From assembly GCF_006345805.1 (NCBI RefSeq), contig NC_042998.1, positions 70,742,001-70,806,000 of the forward strand: a stretch of DNA of 64,000 nucleotides, given 5' to 3'. The notes beneath the pieces are model-generated. The model had not been told where the DNA came from. It made no database searches and saw nothing but the letters and a program-made list of their open reading frames with translations. Positions 26,025 through 41,546 of this stretch are shown here, piece by piece. How positions within the stretch are numbered: position 1 is the stretch's first letter; the number at the start of each line of letters is the position of its first letter. Position numbers and translations under genes: made by a program. This stretch comes from Octopus sinensis (Eukaryota).

Positions 26025-26407
26025 TCCATTTTCATTTACGCTGCGATATCGTACATTGCGGCCATGCTGGGGCACTGCCATTGAAGGTTTTAGTGGAATA
26101 ACTCTACAGCATTAATATCTTTAAAGCCTGGTACTTATTCTATCGGGTTCTTTTGCCGAATTACTAGACTATGGAGATTCATACAAACCAAGACAGCTTG
26201 CTAGGCGGTGGTGGAGGACACACTCAAACACAAAACACACACATAAATACATAGATGCGTAAATATATATACGACAGGGTATTTTGAGATTCCGTCTACC
26301 AAATTCACACAAACATTTGGTCAACCCGGGGTTATAGTTCCACACAACTGGACTGAACCCGGAACCATGTGGGTAGGAAGCAAACACCTTACCAGACAGC
26401 CACGCCT
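26025..26407 (-). mobile_element. family A SINE, diverged
   Basis: GACTGAACCCGGAACCATGTG head and GCGGCCATGCTGG tail on the plus strand. Confidence 0.8.
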
Positions 26408-26441
26408 GTATGTATATATATATATATAATATATATATTAT

Positions 26442-26496
<55 letters not shown>

Positions 26497-26540
26497 TATA
26501 TATATTATATATATATATATATATAGATATATATATATAT

Positions 26541-26784
26541 AAAAGAGATCAAAGAGAAAAAGGATCCCATCAACTTTAAACGGAGTCTGGATAGATTCCT
26601 TCAAGGAATACCAGATAAGCCACCCATAATTGGATACAACTCACCCAACAAAAACTCACTACTTGAATGGACCATAAACAAAACTTGACTTAAACAGGAT
26701 TTGGATAATCCTATCAGGTGGCGCTATTAGGTTAGACATGGCCTGGACCAATCTTTGGTCGAAACATATCTAAGTTTATCTAAG

Positions 26785-26788
<4 letters not shown>
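26541..26788 (+). mobile_element. CR1-clade LINE extreme 3' end
   Basis: DPINFKRSLDRFLQGIPDKPP...NSLLEWT, paralogous to 7752-8248; (TA)n on both sides. Confidence 0.85.
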
Positions 26789-26823
<35 letters not shown>

Positions 26824-27619
26824 ATATGTATATAAGAGTTAAAATACTCTTGATGCTGCCGGAAGAGCGCATATAATCAAATCAGTGCAGCCTTTATGTT
26901 ATCTGCACTGTTTTGTAAATATACAATTGCATTGCAAGATGCGAAGCATGCATATTAGTGCAAACATACAAAACAATAATTCATGATAGACTGAAATTAT
27001 TATCACACGAAGAAAGCTGCGAAGCGGCTGTGACCCTTAGGATGACAAGTAATTAAATATGTTAGTCTCTCTTATCTCTTGACATTTTATAATTTATATT
27101 CTCCATATGAAATAATTTCATCGATCGGATCTTCTGGATTTCGGCTATATCGAAGTCTGCATTATAATCATCTGTATTGGATCACTATGTAGTCTGCAAG
27201 CCCACTTCGCTAGATCAGCTTTCAGTGCTAGGCACACGATTCTAAGATCCCCTGCAGTCCCGCTGCTCCTTCGTTGCATCTCTCTCTTCCCCCATTCTTT
27301 CCTTCTCTGAATACTTCCTGTTCCCTACCACGTGACCGGTGTCCGGTTAAGGCGGTGTTGTCCTTTTTTCACCCTACCTTTGACCAGACTGCTCTTGCTG
27401 GTCTGGGCTCTTGCTACGTCCACTAGGACTTACTCCATTTTATCGTTGCGCAACCCAACTAAGTTCGTGCAAAGATGTTTCTGTTGTATTTGTGTTATAT
27501 GTACAATTATTATTTTTATTTCTGTTGTATATAGTCGTAAGGCTACGTGTTGTTATATATATGTATATATATAAATATGTATACAATCATATATATACAC
27601 ATACATGTTTTTTCATTCT

Positions 27620-27809
27620 TTTATTTGTTGGAGTACCGCCATGCTGGAGCGCCGCTACATAACAAACACACGAACACCCTATGTCAAGCGGTCATGGTGG
27701 AAAATACAGATACAAAGACACACACACACACATACGACAGGCTTCTTTCAATTTCTGTGGCATGCAGGGGTACTGAGCCAGGAACCAAGCTTCTTACCAC
27801 ACAGTCACG

Positions 27810-27810
<1 letters not shown>
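27620..27810 (-). mobile_element. family A SINE, internally deleted
   Basis: GCCATGCTGGAGC...GACAGGCTTCTTTCA...AAGCTTCTTACCACACAG. Confidence 0.75.
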
Positions 27811-27844
<34 letters not shown>

Positions 27845-27878
27845 CCGTGACTGTATGGTAAGAAGCTTGGTAAGAAGC

Positions 27879-27909
<31 letters not shown>

Positions 27910-27920
27910 TTATATATATA

Positions 27921-29371
27921 TGTATGTTGGTATCCTTTTTGTCTCGGGAGACAATGGAGTTGCGCATAAAATAGTCCGGCTTTTACATTTCATGTCCTGA
28001 TACATTTCCTGCTGTGGCTGTGTAGTCCTATCCTGGACAAACACTCCCTCTGGCAGGTACCGCAAATGTAGCGAAGACTGTTCTTGGCTGGTTGTAATGT
28101 CATAGTTTCTTGTTGACGTCTTTTCTTGTCTTTCCATTTCTCCTCTCTCTCTCTGTCACTCCTTTGTATTCCCTCTTTTACGGTACGTCGCCAATCTCCA
28201 CGGTTGCTGGCAATTGCTTCCCAACCGCTAATATTGATGTTGCAGGCCTTCATGTCCCTTTTGCAAACATCCTTGTAACGTAAGAACGGTCTACTCACAG
28301 ACCTAGTACCCCTAGCAAGCTCTCCGTAGAGTATGTCCTTGGGGATTCTGTCATCTTTCATACGGCTAACATATCCAAGCCATCTCATATGTCTTTGTGT
28401 GAGGAGTGCAAACATGCTTGGTGTTCCTGCTTGCCTGAGGAGATCTTTGTTGGGGACATGATTCTGACATTTGATGCGAGGATTTTCCGGAGGCAGCGCA
28501 GGTGAAAGATGTTTAGGCGACGCTCTTGACGTGTATATAGCGTCCAAGTCTCACTTCCATACAGTACAGTGCTAAGTACACATGCCTGGTAGATCTTCAT
28601 TTTCGTGGTCTTGGTCAGCTTATTGTTGTCCCATGCCCGTTTGGAGAGTTGGGCCATCTCAGCAGCTGCCTTGCCAATGCGTATATTGAGCTCAGCGTCA
28701 AGGGATAGGTTGTAGGTGACGGTAGAGCCAAGATAGGTAAACTTCTCCACCTCCTGTAATCTGTGGTCTCCAATATGTATGTTTGGGATGTCCGATGTAG
28801 CCTGACCCATAATGTTGGTCTTCTTAAGGCTGAGAGCTAAGCCAAAGTCGTTACATGCTTGCTCAAAACAGTTAATGAGCCTTTGGAGGGCTTCTTCTGT
28901 GTGTGATACTAGAGCGGCATCATCAGCAAATAGCATCTCCTTAATCAGGACGTTTCTGATTTTGGTCTTGGCACGTAGGCGCGAGAGATGGAACAGTTTC
29001 CCGCCACTTCTACTGTACAGGAACACTCCATCATCTGATGTCTGAAAGGCATGTGAGAGCAAGAGCGAGAAGAAAATGCCAAATACTGTAGGAGCGAGGA
29101 CACAACCTTGCTTTACCCCGTTTTTTATTTGGAAGGCGGCTGATGTTGAACCATTGTGCTGTATGGTGCGTTGCATATCATCATGGAAAGACTTGATGAT
29201 CCTCAGCAGCTTTGGTGGACATCCGATTTTTTGGAGCAGGATGAAGAGGCCTTTTTTACTTACCGAGTCAAAGGCCTTTGTTAGATCAATGAAGGCTATA
29301 TTTAATGGCATTTTCTGCTCTCTGGATTTCTCCTGAAGTTGGCGTATGGAGAATATCATATCAATAGTTGA
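27921..29371 (-). mobile_element. RTE-BovB-clade LINE, 5'-truncated, with one frameshift near 28470
   Basis: AFIDLTKAFDSV, GVKQGCVLAP, LFADD, LYGSETW, RWLGYVSRM, terminal CxxC..H..H (ICGTCQRECLSRIGLHSH); (TA)n on both sides. Confidence 0.95.
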
Positions 29372-29428
29372 TCAACTATTGATATATATATATATGTATA
29401 TATATATATGTATATATATGTATATGTA

Positions 29429-29496
<68 letters not shown>

Positions 29497-29511
29497 GTTA
29501 TATATATACAT

Positions 29512-30900
29512 ATGTATCGGCTTTTCAACTCTTTCTCCTTTCCTCCCGGCTCCTCCAAAATCCTTTTTACTATGGACATCCAAAGCCTCTATACTGTTAT
29601 CCCTCACCACGAAGGACTGCAGGCCCTTCGACACTTTCTTCACCTCCGCTCTAACCCTGTACCTGACACCTCCACACTCATTCGTCTGGCCGAACTTGTC
29701 CTTACTCTGAACTGCTTCTCGTTCGCGGGCGAGTTCTACCATCAGTTCTCGGGAGTGGCCATGGGAACGCGAATGGGCCCCAACTATGCGAACCTGTTCG
29801 TTGGCTATGTTGAGGCCCAAATATTCTCTAATTTCACTGGTCTCACTCCTGAACTATATGGTCGTTATATTGACGACATTATCGGTGCCACCTCACTCTC
29901 CCGCGAACATCTAGATTCCTTCCTCTCTTTCGTCCAATCTTTCCATCCAGCCCTCCACTTCACTTCCACTATCTCCAACACCTCTGTCTCCTTCCTCGAC
30001 ATTTCGGTTAGCATTCTTCACTCCACTCTTACCACCTCCATTCACTACAAACACACAGACTCACACTCATACCTCAACTTCTCTTCCTCCCACCCAGAAC
30101 ACACCAAGCTTTCCATCCCCTATTCCCAATTCCTCCGTCTACGTAGGCTCTGTAGTGACGACCATGACTTTGAGACTCAGTCTCAACGTATGGCTCACCA
30201 CTTCACCCTACGTGGATACCCCCTCACCACTATCCTCACCGCCCTTGCCAGAGCACGGTCCGTGGACCGTGTATCTGCTCTCTCTCCCCGAACCCGCCCT
30301 GTAGTCTCCCGCCTCCCTTTCCCCCTCACTTACCACCCCACGACCCTACGTCTCCAACGCACCATTCTTCGAGCTTTCCGTCATCTCCAGTCCGACCCGT
30401 CCACTTCACACCTCTTCCCTAACCGACCCCTCCCCTCTTTCAAACGAGCCCACAACTTCGAGACCTTTTGGTCCATAGCTCCTTCCCTGACCCTACCTCC
30501 CAACCCGGCTCGTTCCCCTGCTCCCGCCCACGTTGCCGCACTTGCCCTTACCTCTCCAACACCACCCGCCTCACTAGCACCCACCATCGACCCTATCCCA
30601 TCATCCACTCCTTCACCTGCACCTCCAGCAATATTATCTATTGCATCTCTTGCTCTCTCTGCAATTCCTTGTACATCGGACAAACGGGACGCCGCTTGGC
30701 TGACCGGTTCGCGGAACACCTTCGTGACATCCACCTTGCGAACGACACACCGGTCTCACGCCATTTCCGCTCCACCGGTCACTCCTTGCAACACTATCTG
30801 TGTTCGGTTTGTCCTTACACAGAGGCCATCCGGATTCCCGTTTGCGCCGTGAACAGGAATTAACCTTCTCTCTTCGCTCTTATACGCCATTTGGTCTCAA
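29512..30900 (+). CDS. PLE reverse transcriptase-GIY-YIG endonuclease, with two 1-nt frameshifts (~30457, ~30802)
   Basis: LFTMDIQSLYT, GVAMGTRMGPNYANLF, RYIDD, FLD, PCSRPRCRTC, IYCISC..LYIGQTGRRLADRFAEH. Confidence 0.9.
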
Positions 30901-31204
30901 CTCTCCCCCCTCCTCATCTAACCCCCTCCCCCCTCCGCACCTATCCTTTCTCTCCCCCGACCCCTACTTCTTCAGTCCTTCATCCTTTCACCCCTACTCC
31001 CCTTCCCTTCTTCCCTCTTTCTCCCTCCCTCTTCCCCTTCCCTCTGCTCCCTCTCTCCTCTCCCCTCCTCTCCTCTCCCCCCTCTCCTCCCCCTCTTCTT
31101 CCCCTCCCCTTTTCTCCCCCCCTCTTCTCCCCCCCTCTTCTCCCCCTCCCCCTCTTCTCCTCACTACACCACATGACTGTACACATCACATCACATATGA
31201 TGTG

Positions 31205-31525
31205 CCATACTAATACACACACCAACTAATACATACTAATACGTACTAATACATACTAGTACATACTAATACTACACCAACCCTATACATACACACGTCC
31301 AGACCCCGCATACGCACTTATACTCTCTCACACACACACACACCTATACATACCAATACGTACTAATACACACTAATACATACTAATACATACACCAACC
31401 CCATACATATGCACGTCCAGACCAATCCTACGCACTAATACTCTCTCATACACACACACCCTTATACATACTAGTACATACACCAACCCTATACATACAC
31501 ATATCCAGACCCCTCCCACGCACTT
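31205..31525 (+). repeat. ~125-bp tandem repeat built from TACTAATACA subunits in the PLE 3' region
   Basis: CACCAACCC(T/C)ATACAT...GTCCAGACC occurs three times. Confidence 0.8.
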
Positions 31526-31696
31526 TTAGCTGGTCCCTCAACCCGTTTATCAACCCTATTATCTCCCCTTATTTCGCTCTCGCGTCTCATGTTTGATCTT
31601 TGACCTCTGGCCGAAATCAGATCGCCATGTTGATTCGTTAGCTACTGCACGCATTTTTTTTCTCTCCTTCTTTCTGTGTTTTTCTCTCTCTGTGTA

Positions 31697-31734
31697 TCTT
31701 TCTGTTGAAGAGCGTAGGCTCGAAACGTTAAAGA
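31697..31734 (+). ncRNA. minimal hammerhead-like motif with a non-canonical CUGUUGA core
   Basis: Stem I TCTTT/AAAGA, CTGTTGA-A, stem II GAGC-gtag-GCTC, GAAACGT(T). Confidence 0.55.
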
Positions 31735-31851
31735 CTTGTTTTATTTATATTTCCTGAGCGCCATACTAATACAATTGTTCGTTTGTTTTCCACCTGCCTT
31801 CGTCTTTTGTTTATTTTCATAAAGCTTCCCGTTATATATATGTTATATCTA

Positions 31852-32011
<160 letters not shown>

Positions 32012-32534
32012 GCTGTCAAATATATGTCCGGTCACAGAGTGACCAATGATTTCACATCCATAAAGTACTGGTCTTCAAGACGGTTTATTTTTCGGATATA
32101 TGATCCACTGAAAAAAATATGTGTATGTGTGTGTGTTTGAGTATGTGTGTGTGTGCGTGTGTCTGTTATAAGTAAGTATGCAGAATCTGTAAGCCTATTC
32201 CTGATTCATAAATATATATATTCATGACTTTAAAATTTTCCATAAGCAAATCTAGCATGTAAATTCAAAGCACAACAAAAACAACTACAACAAACGACAT
32301 GATTCTGTGAAAATAAACAATGTAGTACAAGGTTCGTCCTAGGAGTCAATATAACATGTCAAATATGATTTATTGCAATATTCTGCTCGGTGTTATAAAA
32401 TTTTCTCTCGTATTAAAGGAAGTCATCACATGGCAGCGAAAGCAAGCCTGTTTGATACTGAGGTATTATCTTCTATAATGAAAGTGTTTAATGTAAACGT
32501 AGAACATATATAAATATTTATTCTTTTTCTGGTC

Positions 32535-34200
<1,666 letters not shown>

Positions 34201-34739
34201 ATAATTGCAGAAATTTCTAAGTATTCACATAGTATAACATGTTCGTTATCACTATTTTGCACATCCACACAGAATAAAACGCCTTTCAAAAAGAGCTCAA
34301 TCATTATATGTATAATACACACGCAGTTTAATGGTCACACACGCACGCTCTTATATTTTGATGACATTTACAAGGTCAGTGTATTTAATGTTTCGCTATA
34401 ATTCCTACATAAAAGATACGAAATCACGCATTGTATACTAAATGTGTAAACATTGAGCCTGAAAAGAAGCACATGATATGCCGGTCTAACATGAAAAACA
34501 CAAAGCATTTTTCTGAATCATACACAAAATTCTAAGCATGTAATGAACGTATCTATAGTGAACGTTACATAGTCTTGGATTTTGTAGGTATTAGTTATGT
34601 TGTTCACCTAATCGTAAATTCACTGTTATATGTATTTATATCTATATCTATAAAACTCAAAATGTGTGTGTATGTGTGTGTGTGTGTATGTGTATGCTTT
34701 TCATGTGTTTTCACGTTTTTCATTCAATTTTGATGAAAT

Positions 34740-36250
34740 TTATTTTATTTTATGGTAAATTTCCCGAGGCAGGTCATTACTGCATTACCGAAGCCTAGAG
34801 ATACCCACTTCTAGGAAGAAAATCGATAAAACTGAAGGGACCCCAACTTTTTGCAAAAGAAGTAAATTTGCACGCGAGAAAAGTTTTTTATGGGAACGTC
34901 CAATTTTTATAATTTTAGAGTCAAAAGGACCGTCATGCTCCGACATTTCAGATAAATATTTTGCCACTGACTTGGGGCCTCTGATTCCCAAGAAAATTGC
35001 GAAAAACTTTGAAAACAATTAGTAAGAAACTTTTTACTGGACAGTTCGATTTTCTTGGTTTTTACGGCTAAAAACCACCATGTAATGGTGTTTTTATCAA
35101 GTATTTGTTCTATGTCCAAAGACATGCCTGTGTAATAAAACAAAATGCGAAAAGCTGTGAAAAAAAACCGATTTTATATACTTTTTTCCTCATTACATCT
35201 TCAAACTTTACGCACTATTTATTCATCCTAAGGATAATGTTAGGAGACTCCTGTTTGCACACAATTCATCCACGTATAACCAACAATTGCGAAAACTGAG
35301 TAGAAAACCGTTTTTTCGTCCTTAAATCCCTCGTTTTTGACCAAATTCGTCCAAATCTCACATGAACAGTACAGATGACTCAACAATGGTTTAAAACTAT
35401 TTTTGGTCAATATTCTTCATTTAACTTGCGACAGATCTACGAAATACTGTGAAACATCACCCTTTTCGTAGTTTTGCAAAGCTGTTTTAATGAACGTCCG
35501 ATTTTTCTTGCTTTTTGTTGCAAACGAACCATACGTTGCATCATTTCTGGAAATTATTTCTTCTTTGTCTTTGTGCATCCGGGTTCTACAGAAAACTGCA
35601 AAACAAGGACACTCCAACACCTCCAAGAGCTTCACCTTTTTGCAGAGGGTTAGGGCTAGGTCAGCCTTCCATTCTCGCTTACTCCTTGGCGTGCGAAAAT
35701 TACTAATGGCAGTTAGTTCGTGCCGTTTACACCAATCCTCCCCATAATTAGACAATATCCTCTCAGCACCAATCTGATACGATAAAAATGCCTGTGATGG
35801 CAAAGCATCGTGCGATTTGCAAACATTTCTCTTCACCACCATTACCCGAACTTCGAACACTTCCTCCGGTGTTTGGTTGTTCAACTAATAAATGCCACTT
35901 GGGAAAAATTGCTTCTTCCTCAATGTCAATGTTTGCAAATTAACGCAAGAAATATTCAAAGAGATGTACAACGAAAAAATGGCGGAACCTATTATGACCA
36001 TTCTTGAGTATTTAATACCCGAGAAACGCCGGGTACTCCTGCTAGTATATACTCGGAGTTTTATCATGGCTACCAAATGATTGTCACATATTATATTTAC
36101 AGATAAATTCCTCTATTTACATAATATCGAGGTCTCTTTCATTCTTTTGTTGTCTTGCCATTTCTAACAATATATATATATGTGTGTGTGTGTATGTATG
36201 TATATATATGTGTATATATGTATACACACACACACACACACACCACACAT

Positions 36251-36288
<38 letters not shown>

Positions 36289-36613
36289 TGATAAAAAAAG
36301 TCGTCAGGATTTTGGAAAAAATATTTTTATTTCTTCATTATCATTAGTGCTTTCGTTATTTTCGCACTAATAATAATGAAGAAATTTTTTCCAAAAATCT
36401 GACGACATTTTTCTGAATATACATTTTCTGTACATCACACCTAACACCCCCCCACACACACTCTCTCTCCTCTCTCTCTTTATGTATATATATGTATATA
36501 TAAATGTATATATATATGTATATATAGATACATATATATATATGCATATACATGTATATATAAATGTGTATATATATATGTATATAGACATATATATATA
36601 TATATGTATATAG

Positions 36614-36670
<57 letters not shown>

Positions 36671-36776
36671 ATATAGATACATACATATATATATATGTGT
36701 GTGTGTGTATGTATGTATATATATGTGTATATATGTATACAACACACACACACACACACAACACACACACACGCAC

Positions 36777-36807
<31 letters not shown>

Positions 36808-37560
36808 AATATACTCGCAAACACTCCCCATCCATTGGACGGTTTGTATAAGTGGAAGAGAGTTAACTTTGATGAAGGTGTGGAGATATTTGGTGATTGT
36901 ATGGAGTTGTTAGATTTGGTTAGGGAATTAAATATTCCCGAGACGTTAAAACTGTTGACTATTTCTTCGAAATAAGGAAAATTGATTGATAGTACTTAGT
37001 GAACCTTTTCAAAATTGGCATGAGGCCAATAAAATAAAGGAAAGCTGTTCAGCGCACAATATATATAACTTCCAGTGGAATCGGACATCATAATTAACCG
37101 TAAATTTTTTGCACTCAAACACTTTCTCATTAGGATAAGCACAATGTACTCTTCCATGGTACATACCTCATGTTGACACCAATACATCAGACTGAACGCT
37201 GTTTTATCTCCAAAGTGAATATGGCAAGTGATTTTTAAGCAATAAACAGTTCTTTAGCTTTTGCATTTGAGGACTGTTGCTTCAAATATTTTATATCGAT
37301 TTTAACTGGCGTAGTGGTAAGAACTACGGGATAAGTAACATTAGTTTCGAATAAAAATATAAATGGAAGTTTTAATCACCCGATGGACAGGCAAACAGAA
37401 ACCGCTACCCAATAAAGACGCAAAATGCTTAGGGAAGCCTCTCTTCGCTCAAAAACTGGCACAAAAAGAGTTGAAACTCGATGGTGAATTAACACAACGT
37501 GCAATAAAATAAGGCATATTCTATGCAAATCAATTTTATCTCAAACATTGAATAATACCG
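34740..37560 (-). mobile_element. possible decayed DNA transposon split by microsatellites (hAT-like?)
   Basis: Broken frames including QIGAERILSNYG, which weakly resembles the hAT dimerization motif ERxFS; transposon-like subterminal sequence at 34740-35400. Confidence 0.3.
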
Positions 37561-38447
37561 CTTATTTTTTAAAGTAGGATGAGAAACGGTAGGCAAGGTT
37601 TTAGATGTAACCTCACAAGGTTTTCACGTTTTATAGGCAATCAGTTAGTCTTTTCTACTTTGATTGAATTTTGTTGAGAATATCTTCAGAAAATTGAGTA
37701 ATCACCAGTTATTTATTTGCTTTATTTTCACTATTTTCACTGCCTTTTCCTGATAGATTTTCATGTCAGCTGGTTTATTGCTCAGAAACAGCCGTAAGAA
37801 CACATTTGACCACCTCTTACAAATAATTATTTTCATAATTCATACATACATACGTACATATACACTTACATACATACATCTATATACAGACATATATATA
37901 TATATATATACATAATATCTTAAAAGTCATATTGAATCTAGCTCGCTTGCAATGTTACTCAGCCAAACTGGCGCATAATGGGAAAATACTATGAAATAAA
38001 TCTCCCCTGAAATGTGAACACAAACGGAATGGAACGCATTTCTCGTAAATGGTATTGTGAAGATATTAAGGGTTTCTAGGTATAAATACCCAAAACGGTG
38101 CATAATCAGAAAAGTGACTAAAATTAACTTAATCCTGAAAGGGAAGCAACTCCTACCGTTCAATTAGGCAGTGACTTGACTACGAAAAAATATGATTTGT
38201 TTTACAGTAAATGTTTCAAGTTTTGCTTTTCTTAAATACAAAGTTTTAACCATTTAGAAATATTTTTAAGTGAATGTGGTTTCCAAAATGTAAGTTGTTT
38301 GTACAATAAGTATTTATATTTTAACTTTCTTTATACAGACAATATTTTTAAAAATTATTTTCAAGTGAATACAATTACACGTTTTTTTGGCATAAATATT
38401 TCGTAAAAACCCGTACGTAACCTTGGTGTGAAATGAATTATTTCAAT

Positions 38448-38642
38448 AGGTTATTTTCGAGTGCATTCAACGTATCTCACTTCCAAAGATTTGGCTGCTA
38501 TTTCTACCACGTAATTGCTATTTACGAAAAAGGACCAGGAATACCTGTTACGTGGTAGCAGGGCGTACAATAAATAGCAGCCAAATCTTTCCTTTATACG
38601 TGATTTCGATATCACATTCGTTGAATGCATGCAAAATAACCT
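38448..38642. repeat. inverted repeat with indels
   Basis: GGTTATTTT..TGCATTCAACG..AAAGATTTGGCTGCTATTT..CTACCACGTAA present on both strands. Confidence 0.75.
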
Positions 38643-38797
38643 GGAGAAGAAAATGTAAAACTGCACGAAACAAAACTCCGTTGCTGGGAAACTCAAAGGT
38701 TCCTGGTGACTCAACGGGTCACGGGTAGTCTAGTATATATATATATATATGTCTAGTATATATACATATATGAAATATATATATATATATATATATA

Positions 38798-38873
<76 letters not shown>

Positions 38874-38987
38874 ATATAAAAATAGGATAAAATCTTTATA
38901 AGAATTTATCAAGTAGTTAGCGTGACAACCCTCATAAGAGAAAAATCCAACGATTTTTCTCTTAAATATATTTATTTATATTACATT

Positions 38988-39491
38988 GAGGGCATTACTA
39001 TACATAAATGCCACACGCTAGGAGGGACTCTTAAAGTCAAAATTACCAAAATAAATAAACACATAGTATAGAATGCGGGGGAATGTAACTCTCGAGGCGA
39101 ACCATTAAGAAACAGAATTCAGCTGCAAATCACATGATTTCATAATTAGTGCAGAAATGCACTTTTTAATCTTCAGTGTAAGCATAATTCAAGCTTTATA
39201 ACGAATATAAAGGGTGAACAATTCTATATGCTACGTTGGATACATTGGTTGTTCGTCTGGTATGTTGATTTTTGTTCATTCGTTATAAATCTTGAATTAA
39301 TCTTACACTGAAGATTAAAAAGTGTATTTTTTCACTAATTATGAAATCATGTGATTTGCAGCAGAATTCTGTTTTTAAATGGCTCATTTCGAGAGTAGCA
39401 TTCCCTCGCATTCGATACGATGTGTTTATTTATTTTGATAGTTTTGACTTTAAGAGTCCCTCCTAGTATGTGGCATTTATGTATTGTAACG

Positions 39492-39497
<6 letters not shown>
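38988..39497. repeat. foldback, ~220-bp arms (38988-39206 / 39278-39497)
   Basis: Arms are reverse complementary at roughly 85% by eye, ~70-nt loop; (TC)n/(TA)n on the right flank. Confidence 0.92.
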
Positions 39498-39573
<76 letters not shown>

Positions 39574-39954
39574 TACATATTTTTAATACGATGGGAGTAG
39601 CAACTACAAGAACACTACAAAATCCACAGAAAGATTAAACATATACATATATTCATATATTCATTTACAACGATAAGAGAATCAATGTTGCATATATAAC
39701 ACCTTGAATTTACGCTTAAACCTACGTAAAACATTTGGTATAAATTTGTTAATTTAAAAATTTGGAGTAATAAAACATACAATGACATATTAAAATGACG
39801 AATTATGAGGGGTTTAGTTCACTGGTGATCTAAACGAATAGGTACGATGAGTAATTGCTATAGTTGGTCATCCGTTTGGTTCCAAGTTCACAGCTGATAC
39901 TGGTGCTAGTGATCAGTATTAGGCTTCCGTGTCAGCGGGTATACATTATATGAG

Positions 39955-40214
39955 AGGGAAAAGGACAACAAATACCGAAGCTGGACGGAATCTTAAGTGA
40001 TTTAGAATAATTTAATTAGGGTAAGGTGAATTTGAAATCATGCAAATGTTTCTGGGATATCCTAAGTAATAGTTTAGCATGTCCGTATACTGGGTATTCC
40101 GTCATCAGAGTTATCCCAGTAGTTGTAAGACTTTATATTCACTTTACCCTAATTAAATTATTGTAAATGACTTGAGATACTCGTGTTGCTTTGGCTTTTG
40201 TTGTCATTTTCCCT
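39955..40214. repeat. foldback, ~77-bp arms, ~105-nt loop
   Basis: AATAATTTAATTAGGGTAAGGTGAAT versus ATTCACTTTACCCTAATTAAATTATT. Confidence 0.85.
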
Positions 40215-40230
40215 GTAATATATATTATAT

Positions 40231-41260
<1,030 letters not shown>

Positions 41261-41509
41261 GAGTATATAAATGACAAGGAAGCCAGAAATTATTTAATGA
41301 ACTTCATTGCATTACAGCCATAATATGCAGTGCCCTCATAGGTATAGGGTGATACACAAGCATTCAGCTGTGAGTGCATTGCCTTTTACAGCAGTTGCAT
41401 TTCTAACTTAATGACGTTTATTACGTAATTTATTGTTCTCTTGTTAATTATTTAATTACTTGTTATACCCATACTCGACTAATGCTTGTTTCTGAAGTTC
41501 ACCGCGCGG

Positions 41510-41546
<37 letters not shown>

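Larger units (their letters stand above)
29515..31833 (+). mobile_element. Penelope-like element, Neptune-type, 5'-truncated
   Basis: RT + Cys-rich linker + GIY-YIG, C-rich UTR, tandem repeats and a pLTR-like end; (TA)n on both sides. Confidence 0.9.

Noticed and set aside
30381-31229. Pro/Ser-rich and Gly/Arg-rich ORFs
   Set aside because: Off-frame or antisense readings of the PLE ORF and its C-rich UTR
38547-38642. Minus-strand exon with a strong acceptor (TTTCTTCTCCAG) and an open frame
   Set aside because: It is one arm of an inverted repeat and contains a repeat-derived GATTTGGCTGCTATTT motif seen elsewhere
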